Source: a bacterium
GTDB taxonomy: Bacteria; Bacteroidota; Ignavibacteria; UBA10030
Direction: 5' to 3'
NCBI GenBank assembly: GCA_043803945.1
Contig: JAZDJN010000099.1
Coordinates: 1 to 31,560, forward strand
Length of the DNA: 31,560 nt
A model generated the notes under the pieces. It ran no database searches. It saw only the letters and a list, made by a program, of their open reading frames with translations, and was not told the DNA's origin. Positions 1 to 9,898 of this stretch are shown here, one piece after another (the first letter of the stretch is position 1; every line of letters begins with the position of its first letter). The position numbers were made by a program, and so were the translations under genes.

Positions 1-85
1 CACGCCTGCCCGACTTGCCTGCACGCCAAGGTGGGCCTGTTACTTGCCTGCCGGTAGGTATGGCAGGCAGGCGGGGAATCCAGAT
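1..85. repeat. nested short palindromic (REP-like) repeats of CCTGCC..GGCAGG type
   Basis: gcctgccggtaggtatggcaggcaggc; related units at ~2987-3014, ~6692-6717, ~17136-17165, ~28990-29023 and ~29098-29133. Confidence 0.6.
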
Positions 86-264
86 CAAAGAAATCATTTG
101 ATTTCTGATCTGCTGTCCGGTATCAATGCGTTCTCTCTTAAGCGCAAGAGAGGCATAGCCATATGTACATAACCACCGTCAGAGACGGTGGGTTTCTATG
201 CCTTACTAAAAAAAATCTGAAGGGAGTAATGTTCTGCAACTGGCAATGAGATGAATATGAAAAA

Positions 265-924
265 TCACACCATGCTGACAAGATGTGCTGCAAGCCATGC
301 TGCACAATCCGACAGGCTCTCTTCACTGATGTGATGAGCAATCGGATATTCCCGATAGGAGTAATTCGCTTTGAGAGGCGGCAGTACGATCTCAGCCCTG
401 CGTGCAAGATCGACAGGGATGACAGGATCAAAAGTTCCGTGAATCATCAAGATCGAAGCGGAGAGAGCATCGTGCTGCTTAAATTCAAGCCCCGCATCTT
501 CCGGCACATAGCCGCTGTGTGCAATGACACCTTGAACCAGTCGGGGCTTGGTCAATGCCACTGCGAGTGACATTATTGCTCCCATACTGAATCCAAAAAG
601 AAAGATGTTCTTCGGATCCACCGGATAGTTCAATTTTATATCATCGATCAATTGAAGAAGGCGGCGATAACTTTCTTGAAATTGTTTTTTATCAGGGGAG
701 CCGACTTGAATGAGATCATACCAGGTATAGCCGCTGAAGTCGAACTCATACGGTGCCCGTACGCTGATGGTGAAGAACCGCGGATCGAAATATTCTGCCA
801 GCCCAAGAAGGTCATCCTCATTCGCTCCACGGCCATGGAGAAGAATGAGCACAGGATGCGGCTCAGGCATGCTGCTGCTCAGCGGAAGAACTTTATGAAC
901 GAGAGAAGTAGGTTTCGCTGTCAT
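265..924 (-). CDS. phospholipase/carboxylesterase (alpha/beta hydrolase)
   Basis: LLHGRG, nucleophile elbow GFSMG, HGTFDPVIP (Asp), C-terminal HHIS (His). Confidence 0.9.
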   Translation of the reverse strand: MTAKPTSLVHKVLPLSSSMPEPHPVLILLHGRGANEDDLLGLAEYFDPRFFTISVRAPYEFDFSGYTWYDLIQVGSPDKKQFQESYRRLLQLIDDIKLNYPVDPKNIFLFGFSMGAIMSLAVALTKPRLVQGVIAHSGYVPEDAGLEFKQHDALSASILMIHGTFDPVIPVDLARRAEIVLPPLKANYSYREYPIAHHISEESLSDCAAWLAAHLVSMV

Positions 925-1054
925 TGACTTCCAAAGAATTCTTACAAGAAGAACACCAATTCATCAACACATCCGCTCATTAACTTACTCCGAAATATAC
1001 GAATGGAAAACAAATTATCCTGGGGGCGAATTGTGCTGAGAAATTACATCCGAG

Positions 1055-1319
1055 CTAATTATTTTTTGTGCCCTGGTTGATCCAATCGCGAATCAACAAG
1101 CGTGTACTATCGGGCAAGAACGGGCCGCCCTGTGGCATGCGGGATCCAAATGGCGGAGCCGATAATAACTTGAGATAAGGAAACAGTTTTCGTTGATGGT
1201 GATGGAGTTGTTACGACTAGCATCGGATCGCTGCCAAAGCCGGAGCAGCCCTGAATGAGCAGCAGTAGAAGAGCGGCTGCGCGTATGAGACTAAGATTTG
1301 TTCGTTGGGCAGTTCGCAT
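1055..1319 (-). pseudogene. internally deleted lipoprotein, cytochrome c-like
   Basis: One frame gives the signal LLLLIQGC..KTVS. Another frame gives YLKLLSAPPFGSRMPQGGPFLPDSTRLLIRDWINQGTKNN* (stop 1055-1057), resembling the RMP..WI.QG tail of planctomycete-type cytochrome c domains. No CxxCH remains. Confidence 0.6.
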
Positions 1320-1504
1320 AAGTTCCTTTGCTCAATTTCCATGCAACAGATTACTTGAATGTACTATCAACACTCATTGTACACAAGTTGAATGTGTCTG
1401 CTTCAAGCAGTCCGGGTTGAGAAAAAAAATAAAGATAGCGTCTGACCCTCTGTCGTCCCTCTAAGAGAGGGACATCTTGGAGTTTAGATTTCAAATTTAT
1501 TAAA

Positions 1505-1613
1505 GAGGTTGTCCAAAATGTTGGTCGAGCAGGCTGCTCGACCAACAAGACTTACGGAAATCAAACATTATACCGCACTCAGAGAGTCAAAAGAAGATTA
1601 TTAGGACAACCTC
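1505..1613. mobile_element. MITE-like element with terminal inverted repeats and an internal palindrome
   Basis: GAGGTTGTCC (1505) / GGACAACCTC (ends 1613); internal GGTCGAGCAG-G-CTGCTCGACC; related left end at 21665-21714. Confidence 0.55.
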
Positions 1614-1681
1614 AGGGTGGGATCACAAACGCGAACACAAATGCTTCACGCAAAACACAATAACAATTTTTGAAAACAGTA

Positions 1682-2104
1682 CTAACTCACTTGCGAAAAG
1701 CTTCTCTCAAAAGCCTGCTTCAGAGTCTCAGCCACCTGATCTGCGCTGTATCCCTGGATCTGACGACGATGTACCATTTCCATCAATTGACCATCGCGCA
1801 GAAGTGCAAATGAAGGGGATGAAGGTGGTTGATTATTGAAGTATGACCGTGCCCGGGCAGTTGCTTCCCTATCCTGACCGGCGAACACCGTGACAATTCT
1901 ATCGGGTTTAGTCGAATCGGAAAGAGCCTTTGCCAATGCTGGTCGGGCTGCACCGGCAGCACAACCACAAGTGGAATTGATTACGACAAGCAGAGTGCCT
2001 TTTGAATTCGGTAAAGCTGCATCGACCTCTTCGGGTGTGCGCAGTTCTTCGGCGCCAAGTCTTACAACTTCATCTCTCATCCGTTGAATAATCGGGTCAT
2101 TCAT
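1682..2104 (-). CDS. BrxA/BrxB family bacilliredoxin (YphP/YqiW)
   Basis: NSTCGCAAGAARP (CGC motif), TVFAGQD, PPSSPSFAL; start placed at MNDPII (2104). Confidence 0.9.
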   Translation of the reverse strand: MNDPIIQRMRDEVVRLGAEELRTPEEVDAALPNSKGTLLVVINSTCGCAAGAARPALAKALSDSTKPDRIVTVFAGQDREATARARSYFNNQPPSSPSFALLRDGQLMEMVHRRQIQGYSADQVAETLKQAFERSFSQVS

Positions 2105-2237
2105 AGTGGATCCTTGTTCAATAGGTTTTGATTTGCTGCTACCCCATAGAACAAATGTGGGGCAAAAATGTTCCCAGGTTGTCACTCAGTATATAATAGA
2201 ACACTGAACACACTGAAAATTCACAGATCATTACAAA

Positions 2238-2561
2238 TCAGTGAGCATCAGTTGAATCAGTGTAATCAGTGGTATCAGTGGTATCAGTGGTATCAGTGGT
2301 CCGTTGAGGAGGTTTAAATCCCCGGTAGGTATCGTAGCGTGAATCGTAGAGAACCAGTTGAAAATCGGAGTCTCTCAATGTCCCTCCTGAGGGATAGAGA
2401 TAAAATTTTGCAATGTGAGGGGCTGGATGCGTTGATGGTTTGTTTTGCGGGGTTGCGTAGAATTCAAGGATATAGTAGCCATTCCGATAGGGGGCATCGG
2501 TAAGTTGAGCGAGCAGATTCTCATGAGTAAAGAGACGGCGATCGGATTCACTACCGATCAT
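2238..2561 (-). CDS. hypothetical protein with a C-terminal TDT repeat
   Basis: 107-aa ORF overlapping the GroES-like stop; the tail is encoded by 9-bp tandem repeats. Confidence 0.7.
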   Translation of the reverse strand: MIGSESDRRLFTHENLLAQLTDAPYRNGYYILEFYATPQNKPSTHPAPHIAKFYLYPSGGTLRDSDFQLVLYDSRYDTYRGFKPPQRTTDTTDTTDTTDYTDSTDAH

Positions 2562-2947
2562 TGCGTTGCGATTCCACCGAACTCGCTGCGGCGGATGAGC
2601 ATGAGGATAGAAGAATGATTAACGATGAGATATTTCGTGTCATCGTACTCAATTTCAATCGCCTGGTCTCTCAGGAAGAGTGCATAGTCGCCAGCCTCTG
2701 CCTGCAGAGGGATGTACTTTACGGGGTCTTTCGGAGTTGTGGACCATTGTTCCTGATCGATAAAATGCGGATTGGGAACGGCATACCCTGGGCCAGCCTG
2801 CACAACCATTCCAGCCTGGACTTTTTCTTTCTCCTTCACTCCGGGTGGAAGATAGAGGCCATGTTCTGTGCGTTCTGTTCCTGCATCCGCAGCGATGAGC
2901 ACCTTGTCGCCGACGAGAATGATTTTTTTCTTTGTTTTAAGATCCAT
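2558..2947 (-). CDS. GroES-family co-chaperone (stand-alone paralog)
   Basis: GDKVLI..T..GLYLP..KEK..G.VV.AGPG..GDYALF..YLIV; no groEL adjacent. Confidence 0.85.
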   Translation of the reverse strand: MDLKTKKKIILVGDKVLIAADAGTERTEHGLYLPPGVKEKEKVQAGMVVQAGPGYAVPNPHFIDQEQWSTTPKDPVKYIPLQAEAGDYALFLRDQAIEIEYDDTKYLIVNHSSILMLIRRSEFGGIATQ

Positions 2948-3092
2948 ACACGCAGCCAAACTTTTTACTTTTTTCAGTGATTCTCAGCCTGCCCGCCGAA
3001 GGCACGCAGGCGGGTGTATCATCGGTGGTAATTCTGTTACAAAAAGATACAAAACAAACGAGGCGAAGGCAAGGATACTGCATAACTCCCAA

Positions 3093-3175
3093 ATTCCATC
3101 ATTCCCTCATTTCTATATTTCCTCATTCCCACCTTCCCATACTCCCATATTTTCATATTCCCACATTCCCATACT
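3093..3175. repeat. degenerate 8-bp tandem repeat (TTCCCAYA-like)
   Basis: ttccatca ttccctca tttctata tttcctca ttcccacc ttcccata ctcccata...; similar tract at ~6535-6590. Confidence 0.7.
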
Positions 3176-3206
3176 CTTTTGATTGATTTTCAATAAGGAA
3201 AAAATC

Positions 3207-3411
3207 TGGGAGGGAGTTATATACTCCCGACCCTGCTTGCCTAAAAATCATCTCACATCTATCGTCTAATCTGGGAGGGAGTTGTACTCCCGACCCTGCT
3301 CATCTAAAATATTATCAGAGGTTCACAAATCGGATTCGAAGGATAGGTCGGGAGCAGGAGCTCCCTCCCAGCGTGAGCCACGGGCGAATCTATCGACCTC
3401 CCAGCGCGAGA
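3207..3411. repeat. REP-like cluster (TGGGAGGGAG..CTCCCGA)
   Basis: two direct copies at ~3207 and ~3271, an inverted copy at ~3347-3371; tctatcgacctcccagcg recurs at ~6795. Confidence 0.65.
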
Positions 3412-3445
3412 GCGAAGGGGTTAATATTGTTAGTCAGGCTTTGGC

Positions 3446-4897
3446 TTACGACTTGAGGGTATCGCGTATCGCATTGAATTGTTCTAATGCAGCCTCTAAG
3501 TTTTCCGCGATCTCATCCGCAATTACATCTGGGGTTGGCAGGTTGGCTGAGTCTTCCAGGCTATCGTCCTTGAGCCAGAAGATGTCCAGGCTGGCTTTGT
3601 CACGTTGCATAAGCTCGTCGTAGGTGAAGCATTTGAAGCAGTCACTCTCTTTCCGCTGATGGCGATTCTCTGGATTATAGCACTTGATAAAGTCCTGAAG
3701 TGCGTCAAGCTTCAATGTGTTCGTCTTGAGAGTGAAGTGCTGGTTTGTGCGCAGGTCATATATCCATAACTTTTCAGTCCACTACTTCTCACTCGCGGGC
3801 TTTCGATCAAAGAAGATTACATTCGCCTTAACACCTTGTGCATAGAAGATACCTGTAGGAAGTCTCAATAGCGTATGCACATCGCATTCCGCTAGTAACT
3901 TTCGTCTTACGGTTTCTCCGGCACCTCCTTCGAAGAGCACATTGTCTGGAACAACAACGGCAGCCCGACCATTAATCTTGAGGAGTGTTTTGATATGTTG
4001 AATAAAATTGAGCTGCTTGTTGGATGTTGTTGCTGCGAAATCCTGACGCTCATACACAAGAGTTTCCTTCTCTGCTTTGCCCTCTTCATTGACAATCGTA
4101 ACGCTGCTCTTCTTGCCAAATGGAGGATTGGTCATAACGATGTCATACCTAATGCCAGGATCAGTTGCAAGGCTGTCGGATACTGAAATAGGGCAATCTT
4201 CGCCGCCGATGCCGTGCAGGAGTAAATTCATTGCACAGAGTCGGGCAGTACTATCGACGATCTCCCAACCGCTGAATGTCTTAAACTTCAGAAATTCTTT
4301 CTCAGATTTATCGAGCTTGTAGCTATGCGAGATGTAATCGTGAGATGCCAGGAAGAATCCACCTGTACCACAGGCGGGATCACAAATTGTTTGCTTCGGT
4401 TCTGGTTTCATCACAGCGACCATCGCTTTAATCAAGGCTCGTGGAGTAAAGTACTGACCAGCTCCGCTCTTTGTATCCTCAGCATTCTTTTCAAGCAGGC
4501 CTTCATAAATCTCACCCTTCACATCGATGTCCATGCCTACCCAGACCTCACCATTGATCAGCTCAACCAGGCGTTTGAGTTTCGCTGGGTCTTGTATCTT
4601 GTTCTGTGCCTTACGGAATACAACTCCCATCATCCCTTTTTCCTTACCGAGAGTTGTGAGGATATGGCGGTAGTGAACTTCGAGTTCATCACCATCCCTT
4701 GATATGAGAGTCTGCCAGTTCAAGGCTTTGGGTACGGGCGAGGTTTTGTTCAGCAGCTCTTCCTGCTCATCTGCCATCTTGAGGAAAAGGAGGAATGTGA
4801 GCTGCTCAACATAGTCCCCGTAACTCACACCATCATCACGGAGGACGTTGCAGTAGTTCCAGAGGCGTTGAACTATCGCAGATGATTCATTTGCCAT
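3446..4897 (-). pseudogene. hsdM: type I R-M methyltransferase with an in-frame amber stop
   Basis: GQYFTPR, DPACGTGGF, TNPPF; TAG at 3782-3784, after which the same frame continues WTEKLWIYDLRTN...to 3446. Confidence 0.9.
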
Positions 4898-4903
4898 TTT
4901 GCT

Positions 4904-5365
4904 CTAAGATTTTAAAGATTGATCAATATATATAACAGGAAGGAATACCACATCAAGGTGATTGAAATCCTTATCGGTTGTAATAAGAGTTGCATTTAGT
5001 ACGGATGCTGTTGAAGCAATCCATACATCGTTCTCTCCCATATTTCGCGCTGACTGACTTAAAGGTTTTGCAAGATTCTTACCTTGGCTGAAGGCGTCGA
5101 TTTGAGCATACATTTCAAGAATAGCATCACTCTTAATATCTATTTGAGGAATGTGAGAGAGCAATTCTCTAAGCCTAGTTATTTTTAATTCTCCCCAATG
5201 AAATTGGATCGCTAGTGAGAGAAGCTCACCAACCGTAACGATAGAAATTGCCGCAATGTTTGGAGCATTAAATGGATTGTATTCCTTCTCGATAAAAGCT
5301 GCATATCCAGATTGACGTAAGTAGCCAACCACGATACCTGTATCGAGTATATAGCGAGTCATCAA
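4904..5365 (-). CDS. PIN-domain (VapC-like) nuclease/toxin
   Basis: YILDT, VGEL, NDVWIA, LITTDKDF acidic motifs. Confidence 0.9.
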   Translation of the reverse strand: MMTRYILDTGIVVGYLRQSGYAAFIEKEYNPFNAPNIAAISIVTVGELLSLAIQFHWGELKITRLRELLSHIPQIDIKSDAILEMYAQIDAFSQGKNLAKPLSQSARNMGENDVWIASTASVLNATLITTDKDFNHLDVVFLPVIYIDQSLKS

Positions 5366-6324
5366 TTAACAGTTTTCCGTTCTTTTAGAGCTTCAAGTAT
5401 CTGTTCGGTGGATTCATCGCCAGGCCATTTCCCCCAGATTTCCGAAACGATTCCTTGGTGAGATTCCTTATGTAGGTGAGTAATGACTTCGCTAACCTGT
5501 AATGGGAGCTTGAGATCTCTAAGGATTTCATCGCCTGCTCGCTGCGCTACTATCACCTGCGCCTCAATGAGTCGTGGTTTCTTCGAAGCAGCATAATACA
5601 TCGTTCCTTTTATCGTAACTTTTTTACCCCATAAATCACGCATCGATTCAACCGAAAAAGAACCTTCGTCAATCTTTCCACGTACCACTTCGTTGTTTTC
5701 CATACGCAAAGTAAAACGACGTCTACTATGTTGTATCATATCAAAGAAACCAGAGATCAACACAGCTTGTGGTTCAGGTGTTGCAAGCTTTAAGGCTTCG
5801 ATTTTATCAAAGGCGCTTCTCTTAAGAGTGAATCCTTCAGTAGCGCGTTCCTTTGATGATATCTTAATCTGAATATCATCCCCGTTGAGAAGTCTTTTAC
5901 ATTCTAATAATGCATCAAGAACACCAGGATCATATCTATCGCTATCGTAGTTTTCACGGTTAGCATCTCTAACAGACTTGGAAAGAATCGATAAGGCTGT
6001 ATCTTCTGGTGATGGAACTTCATTCCAAAGATCTTGCTGTTTTATCTGCTCAGGAGCGATATCTCCAAGCTGTGGAGCCTGAATAACTAAACTCGTCGAT
6101 CCCTTTCGAACACCTGTCAAAACAAAATCTGAAGACCTTGCAAGCCATTCAGGAATAGGTCCCTTCTTAACACTTTCACCTTCTAATACAAGTCTTAATG
6201 CACGTTCAGATCCAACGGATAGTGCATTGATAATATGTTTTAAAGCGCTGAATGTAATAGAGCCTTGAGGCGTATCCAAGCCTTTTATGGAGACGATATA
6301 TTTGATTTTTTTCACTGTTTGCAA
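5362..6324 (-). CDS. hypothetical protein coupled to the PIN gene; candidate antitoxin/partner
   Basis: 320-aa ORF overlapping the PIN start; C-terminal GKWPGDESTEQILEAL. Confidence 0.75.
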   Translation of the reverse strand: MQTVKKIKYIVSIKGLDTPQGSITFSALKHIINALSVGSERALRLVLEGESVKKGPIPEWLARSSDFVLTGVRKGSTSLVIQAPQLGDIAPEQIKQQDLWNEVPSPEDTALSILSKSVRDANRENYDSDRYDPGVLDALLECKRLLNGDDIQIKISSKERATEGFTLKRSAFDKIEALKLATPEPQAVLISGFFDMIQHSRRRFTLRMENNEVVRGKIDEGSFSVESMRDLWGKKVTIKGTMYYAASKKPRLIEAQVIVAQRAGDEILRDLKLPLQVSEVITHLHKESHQGIVSEIWGKWPGDESTEQILEALKERKTVN

Positions 6325-6449
6325 CCCTGAAGATTACTTGATTAGATATTTGAAGCAACGATTCAATTTACGGTTTCACGTTCTTATTAGCAAAAACCAT
6401 GAACGAGTCGATCTCAGAATAAAATGAGGAACTGATCTTCTCTTCCAAC

Positions 6450-6516
6450 TTAAAATAAGAGATCTCGTTATTTTAATTTGAAGCGTTAACTTAAAATAAG
6501 AAAATCCTTGTTTTAA
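6450..6516. promoter_or_regulatory. two tandem operator-like palindromes
   Basis: TTAAAATAAG-N7-GTTATTTTAA (6450-6476) and TTAAAATAAG-N6-CTTGTTTTAA (6491-6516). Confidence 0.5.
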
Positions 6517-6575
6517 TCAAGCTTTTTCGTCCGTCTCCCACTCACCCGTTCTCCCACTCTTCCATTCTCACCCTC

Positions 6576-6668
6576 TTACGCTCTCACACTCTTTTTCGGT
6601 CTCTCCCCCCCTTCTTTACTTTCTTTCTCTGCTTTTATCCTCTCCAGTAACTCTGCTGCTGTTTCCAT
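6576..6668 (-). pseudogene. hsdS: C-terminal remnant of a type I specificity subunit
   Basis: translates METAAELLERIKAEKESKEGG..., the typical HsdS E.A..LLERIKAE tail; not in the ORF track. Confidence 0.65.
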
Positions 6669-6871
6669 TCTTATCTCTCGTCTAACGTCTCACCTGCCTT
6701 ATCGGTAGGGAGCAGGCTTACCCGCCGTCTGTCGCGCTTTTTGCGTCCACCAGTTTTATAGTGGATTGGCGGGAGCTCCTCGCCACAGGCGAGTCTATCG
6801 ACCTCCCAGCGTGAGCATTGCGGCCAGCGATGTAGAAAAACGTTCGTGGCAGTCTGCCCGACCGACATTGA

Positions 6872-7715
6872 TCATCCTTTCAGCAGTTCCATCAAAGGTT
6901 TATTGATGAAGAGATGATATTTGCCGACATAATCTTCCTGGAGCACTTTGCCTTTTACCAGCTCCGCTAAATAGCGGCTGGCTGTTCTATAATGGATACC
7001 CAAACATTTTCCTAAATTCACCGGTGTGATAATCGGATACGCAAACAATGCTTCCACCAGGTCGGAGGTATAAATTTTCTTATGCTTCTCCTTTACCCGC
7101 TCTTTCGTCTTCTTGAGCAGGTGAATAAGCTTTAAGAGGCTCTCCTTGGTCTCTTTTGCCTGTGTATGAAATCCTTTCAGCATAAAGAGAATGAACTCGT
7201 TCCATTTCTCATCGGTACTGACAGCCCGCAAGAGCCGGTAATAATCAGATCGGTTCGTATTGATGTACCCGCTGATATACAAAATTGGGAGTGAGAGCAG
7301 TTTTTGTTCAATGAGAAAGAGCACCATCAATATCCTGCCCACTCTGCCGTTACCATCGTTGAATGGGTGTATCGCTTCAAATTGATAGTGAGCAAGTGCA
7401 CATTTGATGAGCGGGTCGATCTCATCTTCTGCGTTAATGAAGTTTTCCCAATTGCTCATTCTCAGGGAATAGCTGCATCTGCAACACCTGCTCTACCGTT
7501 GTATTGATATTCTCGATATTGGAGCTTGCGACCGATTCTTTCAAGATCGCAGGTGAAAGCAGCAGCATTGGATTCGGCAAAGAGTAGGAATATCCATTCA
7601 ACTCTCCAAATTCTGTCCTTGCTTTAAGGAGCAGGTCGACAAACCGTTCGTGTCTGAAATTGAGCGATGGAGGAAGCGAATGCAAATCGAAAGGTTTCTT
7701 TGAGTCAAATGGCAT
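6872..7715 (-). pseudogene. Fic family protein, internally deleted and frameshifted
   Basis: N-terminal part (ESVASSNIENI) and C-terminal part (HPFNDGNGRVGR) lie in different frames, joined at ~7452-7460. Confidence 0.85.
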
Positions 7716-7840
7716 TAACTATCCTGTTATGCATTCTATGCCGCCAAGACGCCAGGAGCGCCATAGAATGCATCGAATTAAGAAAAGTACTTTGTTATTA
7801 TTCAGCATGCTCGATGATCCAATTACTATTTCTTTCTCTT

Positions 7841-7968
7841 TCTCCCCCTTTCCAAAAGGGGGCCGGCCCGCTCCGCCGAAGCGTGAGCGAGGCTGGAGGG
7901 GGATTTTTAGCATAATCTCCAACATGGGTAAAACCAAATCCCCCTTCCCCCCTTTACGAAAGGGGGAA
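7841..7968. repeat. CCCCCTTT..AAAGGGGG palindromic repeats
   Basis: ccccctttccaaaaggggg and ccccctttacgaaaggggg, with a nested insert. Confidence 0.6.
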
Positions 7969-7995
7969 ATTGTTCCCGTAGAAGCAAACCACTTC

Positions 7996-8076
7996 ATCGA
8001 TAAACCGCTCGTGTTTGAAATTGAGTGATGGAGGCAGCGATTGTAAATCGAAAGGTTTCTTTGGGTCAAACGCCAT
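7996..8076 (-). pseudogene. second, truncated 5' copy of the Fic gene
   Basis: MAFDPKKPFDLQSLPPSLNFKHERFID versus MPFDSKKPFDLHSLPPSLNFRHERFVD at 7715. Confidence 0.8.
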
Positions 8077-8285
8077 AGAGCATCCTTATTATTCCTGATA
8101 TTGATATGTGACAAATATACGAAAATTGTAACATATCTCAAGGCATATGGGACATCCTGTCACATATGCTATTCTTCAATGATTTGCTTTAGAAGTCCTT
8201 CTGTTTCCGGTGGAGAATATCGGCAGGTTGCATAGACTCTAAGGTTAATCCGAGAAATGAACTCTCTCGTTGCTGCAATAAACAT

Positions 8286-8393
8286 CCTCGCCGCAAGCAG
8301 CGAGGTATTTGTCATGGCAGCGTACGCTGGCATCCAGTTTCTGGATTCCGGCTTTCGCCGGAATGACGACGCAAGCGTCGGGGTATTAGACCC
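8286..8393. repeat. IS200/IS605-end-like hairpins enclosing a GTCAT..ATCCAG/CTGGAT..ATGAC REP
   Basis: cctcgccgcaagcagcgagg and gacgcaagcgtcggggtatt flank the palindrome at 8311-8367. Confidence 0.5.
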
Positions 8394-8655
8394 AATAGAG
8401 AATAAATTGCTGAATGTGCTTTACAAGAGTTTCCTGAGCAATCTTGTCCATCATTACGCAAAAGGTAATTCCTCGAAAAGGAAATCTAGTGGAGATGCGA
8501 CAAGTCCCGTAAACAGCTTATCGACAATAGTGGAATGCATTTTCCTATACAGAAATAAATAGTCTCATACCTGACCAACACGAACTTTCCAAAGTCTCCT
8601 ATGTCACCTGCGTAGCGGTCTTGCATAGAACTTTCAATGAGTAAAAATTCCATCC

Positions 8656-9783
8656 TCAGAATGGTAGATCACGAACTGATTGGAGTTCGTTTAATAATGT
8701 CGTCATCACATCGGTTCGTTCAGTGTCATTCTTCTCACGATAGAATGAGATCCATTCTTCAAGGCGTTTGTCGACTCTTACCACTGCTTCCTCTGACAGA
8801 TTGAATTGAGCAACTGTCAGCTCATTTTTTACCGCTGATCGATCAGACTCGCTACTCTTCGTTGATGTAATGGCACGAAGGAAAGGATCCAGCCAATCTG
8901 TAATGTCGTTTTTTCCTAAAAAGGGTGTCAATAGTGAATAGGACTTAGCAGTCTCAGGATTGTGAATCGAAGGCCGACGTGAATGATAGTATTCCTTCAC
9001 TATTGGAATATCCTTGTCCTGTAAGAAGGCTAGATCTGAGGGAATGAAAAATGCATCAGCATAGCTGTCGACCTCAGATCCCGCACTGTTCTTTAGAATG
9101 TGGACAAAGCGATTAGCTACTTTTACCCTGACAAGCTTCGAAACAACATTAAAAATTATGCGGAATGCCTTTTCGAGCCTGATTAGTTCATCAATGAAAT
9201 CCTCCGACTCCACACCCACTAGATTAGAATAAGTTGTAGGAAGTATATCAAGTAATAGTCTTTCTAATTCAGCTTCGTGAACCTCGTGAATGAGGTGGGG
9301 AAGCAATGGGATTGAGTTTCGGTCGTTTACTAGTTTCGAAGACACCTGTTCAGCAGTCAACCCAAATGCTCCTTTTCGAACAAGAGCAATCTCATCTACT
9401 ATGAGATCGACCAATGCGACAGCGATATCAGCTGATTGTTTGGTAGGGGCTTGTTCATTCAAGCGAAGCTGTCTTGCGGGGTGTATCAGATTTCGATAGG
9501 ATCTAATCACGCTGCACAAATCCGCGGTTCTCTGTGAAATAATGTTATTGTTCCTACATAATGTAATGGACTCGACTAGGTCGAGGCGGAGCGGATCCTT
9601 GCCGCGCAAGATATCCGATGGGCTATCAGTCAAATAGTCGATAAGAAGCGCCTCGACTATACTCCCTGCAAGAACGAGAGTAGATTTACAGGCTTGGGAA
9701 TCCCGGCATGTTGTTAACTCAGTGTAGTCGTGCTCGAGAGAGTCGCGAAACTCTGGGATTCTAATGAAGTCAAATCTGGCCAT
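8656..9783 (-). CDS. hypothetical protein with an N-terminal HEPN/DUF4145-like domain
   Basis: GSIVEALL ... IRSYRNLIHP (R..H motif); AAGGAG before ATG 9783. Confidence 0.7.
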   Translation of the reverse strand: MARFDFIRIPEFRDSLEHDYTELTTCRDSQACKSTLVLAGSIVEALLIDYLTDSPSDILRGKDPLRLDLVESITLCRNNNIISQRTADLCSVIRSYRNLIHPARQLRLNEQAPTKQSADIAVALVDLIVDEIALVRKGAFGLTAEQVSSKLVNDRNSIPLLPHLIHEVHEAELERLLLDILPTTYSNLVGVESEDFIDELIRLEKAFRIIFNVVSKLVRVKVANRFVHILKNSAGSEVDSYADAFFIPSDLAFLQDKDIPIVKEYYHSRRPSIHNPETAKSYSLLTPFLGKNDITDWLDPFLRAITSTKSSESDRSAVKNELTVAQFNLSEEAVVRVDKRLEEWISFYREKNDTERTDVMTTLLNELQSVRDLPF

Positions 9784-9838
9784 TCGTGTTCTCCTTAAGT
9801 GAGCTCGTATGCATTCGGACAGTGTGTAGAACTGCATT

Positions 9839-9890
9839 GCACCAAATATCTGAGTGCTTGCGTCGTTGAGTGCCGATCTATAATAAGCCG
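9839..9890 (-). other. degenerate, internally deleted attC
   Basis: tgagtgcttgcgtcgttgagtgccg is identical to part of the attC at 10896-11078; cores eroded. Confidence 0.6.
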
Positions 9891-9898
9891 GTACGTTG

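Noticed and set aside
3782-3784. TAG recoding (pyrrolysine or alternative code) in hsdM
   Set aside because: atpG and metF end in TAG, no pyl genes are visible, and neighbouring R-M genes are decayed; a nonsense mutation is simpler.
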